64,000 bases of DNA from Nitrosopumilus sp. (lineage in GTDB: Archaea; Thermoproteota; Nitrososphaeria; Nitrososphaerales; Nitrosopumilaceae). The position numbers were made by a program, and so were the translations under genes. Positions 1 through 10,089 of the stretch are shown here, one piece after another. The DNA lies in contig OY763927.2 in NCBI GenBank assembly GCA_963667665.2, forward strand, positions 448,001 through 512,000. Direction: 5' to 3'. The stretch's first letter is position 1. Each line of letters starts with the position of its first letter. Below the pieces are notes generated by a model. The model had not been told where the DNA came from, searched no databases, and worked only from the letters and a program-made list of their open reading frames with translations.

Positions 1-1211
1 CCTGGAGATGCTGCAATTCCTTTTGCTAATTGTTTATAATTTTTAATCCTTGATTCATCCATTGTTCTATGAAGTAATGCTTCTAATTGTTGTGCAGGAA
101 TTCTTGTGAGTGCTTTATTTTTATCAATTAATTTTTCTTTTACCATATCAACTGATGTTTTTACAAGTGCAGCTGCACTCATCTTTGCAGTTCTTGTTTG
201 TAATAGATAGAATTTGCCTTGTTCAATAGTAAATTCAATGTCTTGTGGCTCTCTGAAATGTTTCTCTAATTTTGTACATGCATTACTTAATTCTTTGTAA
301 GATTTCCCCATATCTTTTTTTAATAAATCAATATTCTTTCCAGTTCTAACTCCTGCGACAACATCTTCTCCTTGAGCATTAATTAGATATTCACCTTCCA
401 ACTCTTTTTTACCATTACTACCATTTCTTGTAAATACAACTCCTGTTGCACTATCATCTCCCATATTTCCAAATACCATTGTGACAACATTTACTGCAGT
501 TCCATTAGCAATGTTTTTTGTAATGTTGTTTTTTTCACGATAAACTATTGCTCTTGCTCCCATCCAGCTTTTGAATACTGCCTCTATTGCTAATCCTAAT
601 TGTTCGTTAGGAGCATCTGGGAATTTTCTCTTTGTATGTGTCTCACAGATTTTTTTATATTCTGATACAATTTTCTTTAATGATTCAACGTTTAGCTTAC
701 TATCCTCTGTTACTCCCTGTTTGGTTTTTGCAGAGTCTAAGACATGATCAAATTTTTCATCATTTACTCCAAATACAACTTTGCCAAATAACTGAATAAA
801 TCTCCTATACGAATCCCATGAGAAGCGTGGATTTTTTGTCTGTTCAGCAAATCCTTCTACTGTTTTCTCATTTAACCCTAAATTCAAAATCGTGTCCATC
901 ATTCCTGGCATTGAGATAGCTGCACCAGAACGCACTGAAACTAATAGTGGGTTTTTTGTTGAATTCCATTTTTTACCTGTCTTTTTTTCAATTATTGCAA
1001 TATTTTTCATTACTAATGGCATCACATCTTTGGAAAGTTTTCTATTGTTTTCATAATACTTGTTACAAACTTCAGTTGTAATGATAAATCCTGGAGGTAC
1101 TGGAAGTTTTAGTCTAGTCATTTCACTTAATCCTGCACCTTTTCCACCTAGAAGCATTCTATTTTTACTATCTGCATCTTCAAATGCATAAACTGGTTTT
1201 GTTTTTGACAT
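1..1211 (-). CDS. ppdK: Pyruvate, phosphate dikinase (5' part; runs off left edge)
   Basis: Not in ORF track. Minus-strand translation from ATG at 1211: MSKTKPVYAFEDADSKNRMLLGGKGAGLSEMTRLKLPVPPGFIITTEVC, later PLLVSVRSGAAISMPGMMDTILNLGLN, typical PPDK motifs. Confidence 0.95.
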   Translation of the reverse strand, partial: MSKTKPVYAFEDADSKNRMLLGGKGAGLSEMTRLKLPVPPGFIITTEVCNKYYENNRKLSKDVMPLVMKNIAIIEKKTGKKWNSTKNPLLVSVRSGAAISMPGMMDTILNLGLNEKTVEGFAEQTKNPRFSWDSYRRFIQLFGKVVFGVNDEKFDHVLDSAKTKQGVTEDSKLNVESLKKIVSEYKKICETHTKRKFPDAPNEQLGLAIEAVFKSWMGARAIVYREKNNITKNIANGTAVNVVTMVFGNMGDDSATGVVFTRNGSNGKKELEGEYLINAQGEDVVAGVRTGKNIDLLKKDMGKSYKELSNACTKLEKHFREPQDIEFTIEQGKFYLLQTRTAKMSAAALVKTSVDMVKEKLIDKNKALTRIPAQQLEALLHRTMDESRIKNYKQLAKGIAASP

Positions 1212-1238
1212 ACAAATTTTTGTAAATTTTTTGGCTTT

Positions 1239-1889
1239 TTAAACCAATGCCTCAGCAAACTCAGAAATTATTTTATTCCAATTTTTTGCTTTGATAATTC
1301 CACTTGCAACTAGAATTCCTTTTGATCCTAGTTCTAATGCTTTTGCAACATCTTCTCCAGAAACAATTCCTGCACCACAAAGTAGTTTTGTATTTGTATT
1401 CTTTACTGCCTTTGCAGCTTTTGCGATTAACTCTGGTTTTTCTTTAGAAACTGCCTTTCCTGAACCAATCAGTTCTGGTGGTTCTATTGCAATATAATTT
1501 GGATTTAGTTTTACATACTTTCTAACTTCTGCAACATCTTTCACACATACAATTGATGTCATCTTTAATTCTTTTAATTTTAAAACCAATTTTTGTATCT
1601 CTTTGCTTGAAATTCTATGTTCACTGTGATTGATTAATGATCCGTTAACTTTAGATTTTTTTAATAATTCTGGAATTACAAAACCTGTTGTACTTCCTAC
1701 TTTAGAATCATCAATATGTTGTGCTAAAATTTGTATTGAACTATTTGCAACTAGTCCGATAAGATGTTGAGGTGGAGATATGGCAATTTTTACTTTATAT
1801 TTTTTAGATACTTTTTCTGCTATTTTTATAAATTTAATAATTTTTTCTCCTGAAATCTCTTCATAATTCTTACAATTTATTACAAACAT
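1239..1889 (-). CDS. tpiA: Triosephosphate isomerase (archaeal type)
   Basis: INCKNY, LINHSEHR, IAIEPPELIGSG and GILVASG motifs. Confidence 0.95.
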   Translation of the reverse strand: MFVINCKNYEEISGEKIIKFIKIAEKVSKKYKVKIAISPPQHLIGLVANSSIQILAQHIDDSKVGSTTGFVIPELLKKSKVNGSLINHSEHRISSKEIQKLVLKLKELKMTSIVCVKDVAEVRKYVKLNPNYIAIEPPELIGSGKAVSKEKPELIAKAAKAVKNTNTKLLCGAGIVSGEDVAKALELGSKGILVASGIIKAKNWNKIISEFAEALV

Positions 1890-1926
1890 CTTTCTTTGAA
1901 CCTTTTTTCATTTATTTAATCCTTGA

Positions 1927-2217
1927 TTAGACTTTGGGTGTTTTTGTTTGCATGTCATATTTTTTCTTCATTGTAAGTACTATCATCATCAGAACTATTG
2001 CTACAATATTTGTGCCTATGATAAACACATCTGATACTATGATTCCATAAATTAACCACAAGATTGCTCCAGCAGAAATAAAGATCATTAGAAATTTTGA
2101 AACATCTTTGAGACTTTTTGTTTTATATCCCTTGTAAATTTGCTCTACCCATCCAGTAAGAATCAACACTCCTGCAGCAGTTCCAAGTAGGGTGAGTAAA
2201 ATTCCGTCAACTTCCAT
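1927..2217 (-). CDS. SemiSWEET/PQ-loop (MtN3) small membrane protein
   Basis: Three TM helices, QIYKGYKTKSLKDVS and LWLIYG motifs; PQ is replaced by EQ. Confidence 0.75.
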   Translation of the reverse strand: MEVDGILLTLLGTAAGVLILTGWVEQIYKGYKTKSLKDVSKFLMIFISAGAILWLIYGIIVSDVFIIGTNIVAIVLMMIVLTMKKKYDMQTKTPKV

Positions 2218-2225
2218 GTCTTATA

Positions 2226-4784
2226 CTAGCTCCAAAAGAATTCGTCTAGTCCCGTTTGTTTTGGCTTTCCTAAAATTGTATCAAAATCCATGTCCATTGA
2301 TGCTGTTATTTGTTCTAGTGTTGATTCTAAAAACTCCATGTATTTTTTAGAATCAATCTCTTCTTTTTTTGCCAACTCGGCTGGTTTTACTCCTGGTTTG
2401 TTTTTAATTTTGATGAATGAAATAATATCTCCTTTCTTAATTTCTCTAATTGTTTCTAATTGCTTTGCAGCTCTAATATGTTGAGGAATTGTTTTTACAT
2501 ATTCTGATACTGCTTTGCTAAGCATTACATTGAATGTCAGGTCTTCTATTGGAATTTCTTTTGCTTCTAGTTTTTTAGCACATATTGCAATCTTTTTTGT
2601 AATTTCATTTTTTGCATTTGTGAAATCATCCATTGTTTGAACATTGGATAGTATATCTAACAATTCATAAAATAGTTTTTTGATAAATGCTGGTGTATGG
2701 GATTTCTTTCCTGTAAGTCCTTTAACATCTACCTTTCCTTCTTTTGTTACTCCAAAATAGTTTTTCTTTCTATCACTTAATACACAATACCTGTATGTTT
2801 TATCAATCTCTAAATCTACTCCATGATCTTTCTTTGCTTGCTCTATTACTTGCTGAATTTGTTCTTCAGTTGGCTTTTTTATAAATAATGAATCTGTATC
2901 TCCATAAAGAACTTCAATTCCTGTCTCTTCACATTTTTTGATTGTCTCTAAAATTGTATGTCTACCAATTGCAGTTGTTGCTTCTGCTGCTGGAAGAAAA
3001 TACAATGGAAATATTTCTGCACCCATTACCCCATAACTTGCATTTAGAATTACCTTTAGCGCTTGACTGACTACTGTATATTGCTGTCTTTGCTCCTCTG
3101 TTAATGTCTCTTTTTTTGCTAGACTCTTGTAATAATTCACTCTCAAGTCTCTTAGCGAACCAATAATCATTGATGTAAGTCCATTTTTCTTTGAACATGC
3201 CCAATGATTTGTTTGTGGGATTGTATTTTTCTTACATTCTTCATGAGGACATCTTACTGTCTCATATGAAATGTTTCTAACTTTGATGATGCTAGGATAT
3301 AGACTAGCAAAATCCATTACAACTACATCAAAATGAATTCCTTTTTTAGGGTCAATTACAAGTCCTCCTCTGAATTTTTTATCTTTTATTACTGCATCTG
3401 ATAGAACTCCTTCTGACCTTCTTTCAAGTTCTTCTCTTTTTGGAATTAAACAATTTCTTTTTCTATGTTCATAATAAAATAAACTTCTAATCCATTGAGA
3501 AACACCCATTCTTGCAATATCATCAATTGGCATTCTGCCAATTCTTGCAATAATTACAAGCATGTTCATTAGTAAATCATTGTTAAAACTGGTCAATTCG
3601 TATGTCAGTAAAGCATCATTGTAACAATAATTTGCAGTTTGGTTGAGGGTTAACTGATCAAACTCTAATCCATAATCTATCTTTTCTTTTCCCAGCAAAG
3701 CCTTTGAAACACTGTTTAGTGAAAAATTTGTATATTTTTGACTAAATACATAGATTTGAAATGCTCTATTAGAAAAAGTTCTGTACAAATCAATATGAAC
3801 ACCTTGTTTTAGTGTTGCAGAATTTCTCATCATGTATAGTGGGTTAGATGAATTTTTGATTCCAAGTCTTTCTGCTCTGTTGTATAGATATGGCAAATCA
3901 AATTCATCTCCATTGTATGTAATAACAAATGGAAACTCTTTGATAATATCAAACGCATCTTGTATCATCTCTTTTTCTTTGTCTAAATCATAAAAGATAA
4001 TTTTGATATTTTTCTCTAATTCGTTGTTTCCTTCTTCAGTTCCCTCTGTTTTGAGCACAAAAATCTGATCAAATCCGTCAGTTCCTTTGAGTCCAATTGC
4101 TGTTACTTTTTTTTCAGCAACTTTAGGATCTGGTATTCTTCCAACAACTGCTTCTACTTCTATGTCTACACTCAATCTCTTTATTTTTGGAATTGGTTGA
4201 TTAAGTAAATCTGCCCACTCTGAAATGAATTTCTTGAATTGTTCTGGATCAACCATACTTTCACTATCTACCTTGTCCCATAGCAAACTCTTCAGTGCAA
4301 TTTTAACTTCATCTGAAATTTCTAAATCATGTGGTTTTATTTTTCCATCTATAATTTCATAATACTTTCCAACGATTAATTTTCTGTCATAAAGATAGGT
4401 TTCATAATATTTGATATCTGATTCCCATGTTTCAATTATGTTTCTAATACTTTTATCACCTGCTGTTCCTCCAATTGCTAGGGGATCTGCTACAGTAATT
4501 TTTGACATGTCAATTTCTTTATCTTTTATCAAATCATATCTTTGAACTGTTTTAATTTCAAGAACATCGTCTCTTTCTCGAAGAAATTCTAATTCTTCTG
4601 GTGCTAATCTTGAATAACAATATGGTTTGTGACCTGTTTCATCTTTCCATAATATTAATTTCTGTGATTTTGGTTCATAGAATTTCAAAACAGCAGATTT
4701 TGAAATGTTGTCATATGTAGCTGACACTAACATTGCTGGTGGCATTGATTCAATTTTTCCAGTCTCTTCCACATTTACTTGCAT
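2226..4784 (-). CDS. polB: Family B DNA polymerase
   Basis: Exonuclease DIE and YNGDEFDLPYL; polymerase DFASLYPS, KVILNASYG and YGDTDS; C-terminal PIP-box-like QTGLDEFF. Confidence 0.97.
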   Translation of the reverse strand: MQVNVEETGKIESMPPAMLVSATYDNISKSAVLKFYEPKSQKLILWKDETGHKPYCYSRLAPEELEFLRERDDVLEIKTVQRYDLIKDKEIDMSKITVADPLAIGGTAGDKSIRNIIETWESDIKYYETYLYDRKLIVGKYYEIIDGKIKPHDLEISDEVKIALKSLLWDKVDSESMVDPEQFKKFISEWADLLNQPIPKIKRLSVDIEVEAVVGRIPDPKVAEKKVTAIGLKGTDGFDQIFVLKTEGTEEGNNELEKNIKIIFYDLDKEKEMIQDAFDIIKEFPFVITYNGDEFDLPYLYNRAERLGIKNSSNPLYMMRNSATLKQGVHIDLYRTFSNRAFQIYVFSQKYTNFSLNSVSKALLGKEKIDYGLEFDQLTLNQTANYCYNDALLTYELTSFNNDLLMNMLVIIARIGRMPIDDIARMGVSQWIRSLFYYEHRKRNCLIPKREELERRSEGVLSDAVIKDKKFRGGLVIDPKKGIHFDVVVMDFASLYPSIIKVRNISYETVRCPHEECKKNTIPQTNHWACSKKNGLTSMIIGSLRDLRVNYYKSLAKKETLTEEQRQQYTVVSQALKVILNASYGVMGAEIFPLYFLPAAEATTAIGRHTILETIKKCEETGIEVLYGDTDSLFIKKPTEEQIQQVIEQAKKDHGVDLEIDKTYRYCVLSDRKKNYFGVTKEGKVDVKGLTGKKSHTPAFIKKLFYELLDILSNVQTMDDFTNAKNEITKKIAICAKKLEAKEIPIEDLTFNVMLSKAVSEYVKTIPQHIRAAKQLETIREIKKGDIISFIKIKNKPGVKPAELAKKEEIDSKKYMEFLESTLEQITASMDMDFDTILGKPKQTGLDEFFWS

Positions 4785-4788
4785 TTTC

Positions 4789-5316
4789 TCACACAGATTT
4801 TTCGTACTTGCTTACTAGTTTTTTTGCCCATTTTGCAATATTTTCTTTATCTAGATGAATCACTTCTATTCCTGCTTCTTTTAACAACCCAAAATCAGTT
4901 TCAGGATAATTATCAAGGCAAACAAATTTTTTAATTCCTATTGTTATTGCCATTTTGGTGCATTCTAGGCATGGAACAAATGTGGTATACAATATTGCAC
5001 CTTTCTGACCTGCTTCAATTCCTAAAATGGCACAATGCATTATGGCATTTGCTTCTGCGTGATTACAAAGACATCTATCTAGTGATGCCCCGGATTCAAT
5101 TTTTCCATCCATTCTAAGTTGACATCTCTCACATCCTCCATCAAAACAATTTTTGATTCCTGGTGGGGTTCCATTGTATCCTGTTGCTAACTGTCTGTGA
5201 TTTCTAACAATTACTGCACCAACTTGTCTTGTCATACAATTTGAACGAAGTTTTGCCAACTCTGCTTGCAGCATAAAGTATTCATCCCAATTTGGTCTAT
5301 CAAAAGAACTACTCAC
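4789..5316 (-). CDS. dCMP deaminase family protein
   Basis: TGYNGTP, HAEANAI and PCLEC zinc-deaminase motifs. Confidence 0.9.
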   Translation of the reverse strand: MSSSFDRPNWDEYFMLQAELAKLRSNCMTRQVGAVIVRNHRQLATGYNGTPPGIKNCFDGGCERCQLRMDGKIESGASLDRCLCNHAEANAIMHCAILGIEAGQKGAILYTTFVPCLECTKMAITIGIKKFVCLDNYPETDFGLLKEAGIEVIHLDKENIAKWAKKLVSKYEKSV

Positions 5317-5456
5317 ACCAATCTTGCTTGCCTGCTCAATATATGGTTCGCGCTAGTTACAATTTTGTTGTTTTATTGATGTTGATAGTTGAGTAATAGA
5401 TAGCATTTTGCTATACAAAAGCATAAAATCAATAAATTCTCATTTTTCTTTGTAGA

Positions 5457-6965
5457 ATGACTCAATACATTGAGAAAAAATATGTTCAAAAAAATTCTAT
5501 AGAAAAACGAGATTATCAAGTAAATCTTGCAAATCAAGCAATTAAAGAAAATTGTATTGTGGTATTGCCAACTGGTCTTGGAAAAACTGCTATCGCATTA
5601 CAAGTTATTGCAGAATACTTGTCAAAAGGAACAGGGGGTGCATTGTTTTTGGCTCCTACCAGAGTTTTGGTAAACCAACATTATGAATTTCTTAAAGTAA
5701 ATCTAACTTTAGATGATATTTCATTAGTTACTGGGGAAGATCCTATTCAAAAACGAACCAAACTTTGGGGCAATAGTGTGATTTGTGCAACTCCTGAAAT
5801 TACAAAAAATGATTTGGATAGACAAATTGTATCTACTGAACAATTCAATCTTGTTGTATTTGATGAAGTACATAGAACAACTGGTGATTATGCTTATTCT
5901 GGAATTGCACAACGATTCGAAAATTCTTCTGCTAGACTTGTTGGGATGACTGCAACTCTTCCGAGTGAAAAAGAAAAAGCAACTGAGATTCTAACAAAGC
6001 TAAGAATTTCAAGTATAGCTGAAAGAACTGAAGATAGTTCTGACGTTAAACCATATATCCAAAAAACTAATACTGAATGGATTAATGTTGAACTTCCCCC
6101 GGAATTAAAATCAATTCAAACATTATTGAAATTAGCATTAGATGAAAGATATGACACTTTACGAAAAAATGGTATTCATCTAGCAGAACAACAATCCCTT
6201 TCTGCTCTACTTAGAATTAGACAATTTGTGTTAAATCAGAACAGGCGTTCTGCAAAACCTCTTTTTACTGCTATTAGAATTCATTATGCGTTAAACATAC
6301 TAGAAGCTCATGGAATCACTCCTTTTCTAAAATTTTGTGAACGCGCCAGGGCAAAAAAAGGTGCAGGAGTCAAAGAATTGTTCGAGGTTGATCCTAATTT
6401 CACAAGAGCAGTACATCTTGCCAAAGAAGCACAGTCGCGAGGAATTGAACATTCAAAGATTCCTAAACTAAAAGAAATTCTTGAATCTGTTCCTGGAAAA
6501 GCTCTGATTTTTACAAGTTATCGAGATTCTGTTGATTTGATATACAATAAACTAACTGAGATGGGCGTTTCTGCAGGAATTTTAATTGGTAAAGCAGGTG
6601 AATCTGGACTAAAACAAAAAGAGCAAATTGAAACTGTACAAAACTTTAGAGATGGAGTTTTCCAAGTACTTGTTGCAACACGTGTTGGTGAAGAAGGATT
6701 AGATATTGCTGAAGTTAATCAGGTTATTTTTTATGATAATGTGCCAAGCTCTATTCGATTTATACAAAGAAGGGGAAGAACTGGACGAAAAGATACTGGT
6801 AAATTAGTTGTGCTTATTGCCAAAAATACTATTGATGAGAAATACTATTGGATAGGAAAAAGAAAGATGTTATCTGCCAAAACTATGGGTGAGAAGATGA
6901 CCAAAGTCTTGGAGAAAAATCAAGGAATTGAATCTGAAAAAACAGGACTAGATGCTTTTCTCTAA
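5457..6965 (+). CDS. Hef/FANCM-like SF2 helicase without ERCC4 nuclease domain
   Basis: RDYQ, LPTGLGKT, DEVH, GMTAT, ATRVGEEGLDI and QRRGRTGR motifs; ends TGLDAFL. Confidence 0.9.
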   Translation: MTQYIEKKYVQKNSIEKRDYQVNLANQAIKENCIVVLPTGLGKTAIALQVIAEYLSKGTGGALFLAPTRVLVNQHYEFLKVNLTLDDISLVTGEDPIQKRTKLWGNSVICATPEITKNDLDRQIVSTEQFNLVVFDEVHRTTGDYAYSGIAQRFENSSARLVGMTATLPSEKEKATEILTKLRISSIAERTEDSSDVKPYIQKTNTEWINVELPPELKSIQTLLKLALDERYDTLRKNGIHLAEQQSLSALLRIRQFVLNQNRRSAKPLFTAIRIHYALNILEAHGITPFLKFCERARAKKGAGVKELFEVDPNFTRAVHLAKEAQSRGIEHSKIPKLKEILESVPGKALIFTSYRDSVDLIYNKLTEMGVSAGILIGKAGESGLKQKEQIETVQNFRDGVFQVLVATRVGEEGLDIAEVNQVIFYDNVPSSIRFIQRRGRTGRKDTGKLVVLIAKNTIDEKYYWIGKRKMLSAKTMGEKMTKVLEKNQGIESEKTGLDAFL

Positions 6966-7234
6966 TTTTTGTATTGTTTAGAAATTTGCTCAAAAATCAT
7001 TTGCTTTCTCTGAATTATCTTATTTTTCATTCCTGATTCTAAATGATGAATACCGCTATTTTTTCCAACAAGTAAATTTTCTAATCTGATATCATATTGG
7101 TTTTGAAGAAATTCTTCTGCATGTGATTTCTCATCAAATTCTAGATTCTCAAATGTCTCTTTTGCCAAATTGTTAATGGATTTCTCCAAATATGATAAAA
7201 TCTCTTCTAGTGTTTTTTCTGTTATCACTGTCAT
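6962..7234 (-). CDS. Hypothetical protein
   Basis: 90-aa ORF convergent with the helicase; helical composition. Confidence 0.65.
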   Translation of the reverse strand: MTVITEKTLEEILSYLEKSINNLAKETFENLEFDEKSHAEEFLQNQYDIRLENLLVGKNSGIHHLESGMKNKIIQRKQMIFEQISKQYKN

Positions 7235-7343
7235 GATTAATCATATTTTGAAACTAAAAAAAATGTTGTGTATTTTTTTTCTGTGTTTTAGGTATGAAAA
7301 TTGATAATTATCTTCTAAACTGTTACTTGTGAATATTCTTTTG

Positions 7344-7496
7344 TTGGCCTCAAATATTGATAAATCAAAAGAGATGAACGATTTGCTTCAGAAAGAAAAA
7401 GAACTTTACAAAGAAATCCGTGCTGATTATAAGAAAATCAGTCAGAAAATTAATGATGATTTTGAAAATGCAAGAAAATTAAAATCTCAAAAATAA
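7344..7496 (+). CDS. Small coiled-coil hypothetical protein (50 aa)
   Basis: Not in track. TTG start, MASNIDKSKEMNDLLQKEKELYKEIRADYKKISQKINDDFENARKLKSQK; fills the gap up to the parvulin stop. Confidence 0.55.
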   Translation: MASNIDKSKEMNDLLQKEKELYKEIRADYKKISQKINDDFENARKLKSQK

Positions 7497-7498
7497 AA

Positions 7499-7777
7499 CT
7501 ATCCTAATCTTTTGATAATGTGATATCCAAATTCTGTTTTTATTGGGTCTGAAATTTCTCCAATTTGGAGTTTGAATGCAACTTCTTCAAACGGTTTTAC
7601 CATCATACCCTTTGTGAAATAGCCCAAATTTCCGTCTTTTTTACCACTACCTGAGTCAATTGACAACTCTTTTGCCAATTTTCCAAATTTTTCACCATTT
7701 TTGAGTCTCTCTACAATGGCAAGTGATTCGCTTTGTTTTGCAACTAGAATATGAGAACATTTTATTTTGTTAGACAA
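7499..7777 (-). CDS. Parvulin-type peptidyl-prolyl cis-trans isomerase
   Basis: CSHILV, GNLGYFTKGMMVKPFEEVAF and TEFGYHII rotamase motifs. Confidence 0.93.
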   Translation of the reverse strand: MSNKIKCSHILVAKQSESLAIVERLKNGEKFGKLAKELSIDSGSGKKDGNLGYFTKGMMVKPFEEVAFKLQIGEISDPIKTEFGYHIIKRLG

Positions 7778-7844
7778 TGGATTTGATCTTTTTTAATCTC
7801 TTAATTATCTTTCTTTAAATATGGTTTCTTTATCTTAAATTTTA

Positions 7845-8405
7845 TTGCCATTTACAAAACCAATAATTGAAATTGTAAATGTTGTGGCATCAGCTACAAT
7901 AGACCAGAAATTAGATCTATATGATATTCAAAAAAAATTCCCTGCTGTTGAATATAATCCTGACCAATTTCCAGGTGCTGTCTTTCGTCTCAAAACCCCC
8001 AAAACATCAACATTACTATTCAGTACTGGTAAGATGGTTTGTACTGGTTCTAAATCCTCTGAACTAGCAGTAAAGGCAGTAAACGCAGTTGTTGTAAAAT
8101 TAAGAAAAGGTGGAATTAAAATTAAAAAAAATGCAGTTGTAACTATACAAAATATTGTCTCATCCATAAATCTTGGAGGACGCGTTCATCTTGAACGAGC
8201 AGCTAGAACATTACCTCGAAGCATGTATGAGCCTGAACAGTTTCCAGGTGTAATTCATAGAATGTTAAACCCTAAAACTGTAATTCTGATTTTTGCATCC
8301 GGAAAATTAGTTTGTACTGGTGCTAAAACTGAAAAGGATGTTTATCTTTCAGTAAATAATCTTCATAGTCTTCTTGAAGAAAAAGACTTGATGCTATACG
8401 ATTAG
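7845..8405 (+). CDS. tbp: TATA-box-binding protein
   Basis: Two TBP repeats: NVVAS..YNPDQFPG..LFSTGKMVCTG and NIVSS..YEPEQFPG..IFASGKLVCTG. Confidence 0.95.
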   Translation: MPFTKPIIEIVNVVASATIDQKLDLYDIQKKFPAVEYNPDQFPGAVFRLKTPKTSTLLFSTGKMVCTGSKSSELAVKAVNAVVVKLRKGGIKIKKNAVVTIQNIVSSINLGGRVHLERAARTLPRSMYEPEQFPGVIHRMLNPKTVILIFASGKLVCTGAKTEKDVYLSVNNLHSLLEEKDLMLYD

Positions 8406-8579
8406 ATCTTTCTTCCTTCATAACAAATACAAAATTTCTATAAAATAAGTAGTAATGCTTGAATACGATAATTCTCTAATTTTTTAGATAAAACTACAAT
8501 TGAATATTTTTTGATAAATCTTCTAGTTTGTTCAAATGAGCAAACTTGCTTTTATCAATTCTAAGTTGTTTCATAACGT

Positions 8580-8945
8580 ATGAGAATACTTCATGTTGAG
8601 GATGTTCCAGAAATCAGTAAAGTCTTTGCAGATATTTTGGCGACTAAAAATTATGATTTTGATAGTGTTTCTGATGGTAGGGCAGGATTAGAATTAGCAG
8701 TTTACAAAGACTATGATCTGATTTTACTTGATATGTGCATGCCAAAATATAGTGGTGTTGATTTTCTATTAGATTTAAAACATAGGCGGCCTTCACAATT
8801 GTCTAAAGTAGTAATTGTAAGTGGATTAGACATGAATCTTTTACAAGAACGTGAATTGTCAAAATTAGGAATTCGTTCTATTCTGAAAAAACCTATTTCT
8901 GTTCAAAGCTTACTTTCTCAAATTGACCAAGAAATTACTTTCTAG
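8580..8945 (+). CDS. Stand-alone response regulator receiver (CheY-like)
   Basis: ILHVED, DLILLDMCMPKYSG (phospho-Asp), VVIVSG and KP motifs. Confidence 0.9.
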   Translation: MRILHVEDVPEISKVFADILATKNYDFDSVSDGRAGLELAVYKDYDLILLDMCMPKYSGVDFLLDLKHRRPSQLSKVVIVSGLDMNLLQERELSKLGIRSILKKPISVQSLLSQIDQEITF

Positions 8946-9340
8946 TTTAAACCCCAACTAACTTTGTTAGTTGGAACAATCTTCAAAAATGCCGCCTCGT
9001 TTTCTTTCCATGGTTCTTTTCTTACCCATTCGAATTTTTTATAAAAAATTTCATAAAACTTGTTAAATTCTACTCCATTTTCAACTATCTCTGTTTTTCC
9101 TTGAATGCATATTGCTTTGTGTTCTCCTGATTTGTAAATGTCAATGACAATACTTGTATGTGGATTTGACTTTATGTTGATAAATGTTCTAGTGTCATAA
9201 TCTGTAGCAACTAAAATTACGTTATCTACAAATACAAATGATACGGGTTTTACATGCGAAATATTGTCATGAGATGTAGCTATTCTTGCCTCCTCTAGTA
9301 ATTCTAGAAATCCTATCTCTTTTTGATTGAATTCTATCAA
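8942..9340 (-). CDS. Pyridoxamine 5'-phosphate oxidase-like split-barrel (flavin/F420-binding) protein
   Basis: ARIAT..HVKPVSF, NIKSNPH and C-terminal SWG pattern. Confidence 0.75.
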   Translation of the reverse strand: MIEFNQKEIGFLELLEEARIATSHDNISHVKPVSFVFVDNVILVATDYDTRTFINIKSNPHTSIVIDIYKSGEHKAICIQGKTEIVENGVEFNKFYEIFYKKFEWVRKEPWKENEAAFLKIVPTNKVSWGLN

Positions 9341-9615
9341 CTGAAAATTCGTTCTCTTATTTCTGGTATGTATTTGTATACAATATCCCTGACTTTCATT
9401 TGGTCTTCTGTAGTAGGTACTTCTTTTTGTGAACTAAGAATTACGCCACTCACACCGAGTGCCATTCCCATAATAATCCCGTAAACAAATTCTTGGGGAT
9501 TTTCTACTTTTAATGTCTCTTTATTTTCTTTGATTTCTTCAAGATAAGATGGAATTGTTGTCACTGCGCTATTGATAGTTTGAGTTATTATTGCCTCTAG
9601 TTCTTCATCGTTCAT
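9337..9615 (-). CDS. Hypothetical protein
   Basis: 92-aa ORF overlapping the next gene by 4 nt. Confidence 0.7.
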   Translation of the reverse strand: MNDEELEAIITQTINSAVTTIPSYLEEIKENKETLKVENPQEFVYGIIMGMALGVSGVILSSQKEVPTTEDQMKVRDIVYKYIPEIRERIFS

Positions 9616-9687
9616 ACTACTTTTTCTGAAAGAATTCTTAATAAATTTGTGCCTAAGATTTTTAATTGAGGATTTTTGAGTAGATAC

Positions 9688-10089
9688 ATGTTCTCGTTTT
9701 TTACTACCACAGAGGCAAATACTGCACTACCTGATGTGATAAAAAAATTTGAGTATGCATTGGCAAAAAAGAATGAGGTATCAAAACTAGAACAACAATT
9801 ACAGACGAGTCTCTCTACTACGAATTCTTTTGAAGAATATGTTACCCTAAAACAGAATCTAAATTCAGCAATAACTAAATTCTATGAATCAGTTGAAATT
9901 CTTGAAAAAACTGGGGTGCTGGTAAAAAGTATCGAACAAGGTTTACTTGATTTTCCTTCAAAGAGATTTAATGAAGAAGTATGGCTGTGCTGGAAATATG
10001 GTGAGACTGAAATAAAATTCTGGCATGAAAAAGATTCTGGTTTTATGGGCAGAAAACCTGTAGAAGTTAGTGATGAATCGCTAGTGTGA
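9688..10089 (+). CDS. DUF2203 family protein
   Basis: FT..EAN..LP, GLLDFPS, VWLCWKYGE..I.FWH..DSGF.GRKP; likely start is the ATG at 9688. Confidence 0.85.
   Translation: MFSFFTTTEANTALPDVIKKFEYALAKKNEVSKLEQQLQTSLSTTNSFEEYVTLKQNLNSAITKFYESVEILEKTGVLVKSIEQGLLDFPSKRFNEEVWLCWKYGETEIKFWHEKDSGFMGRKPVEVSDESLV

Noticed and set aside
2226-4784. Intein in PolB
   Set aside because: Length is normal and no intein splice motifs are present.
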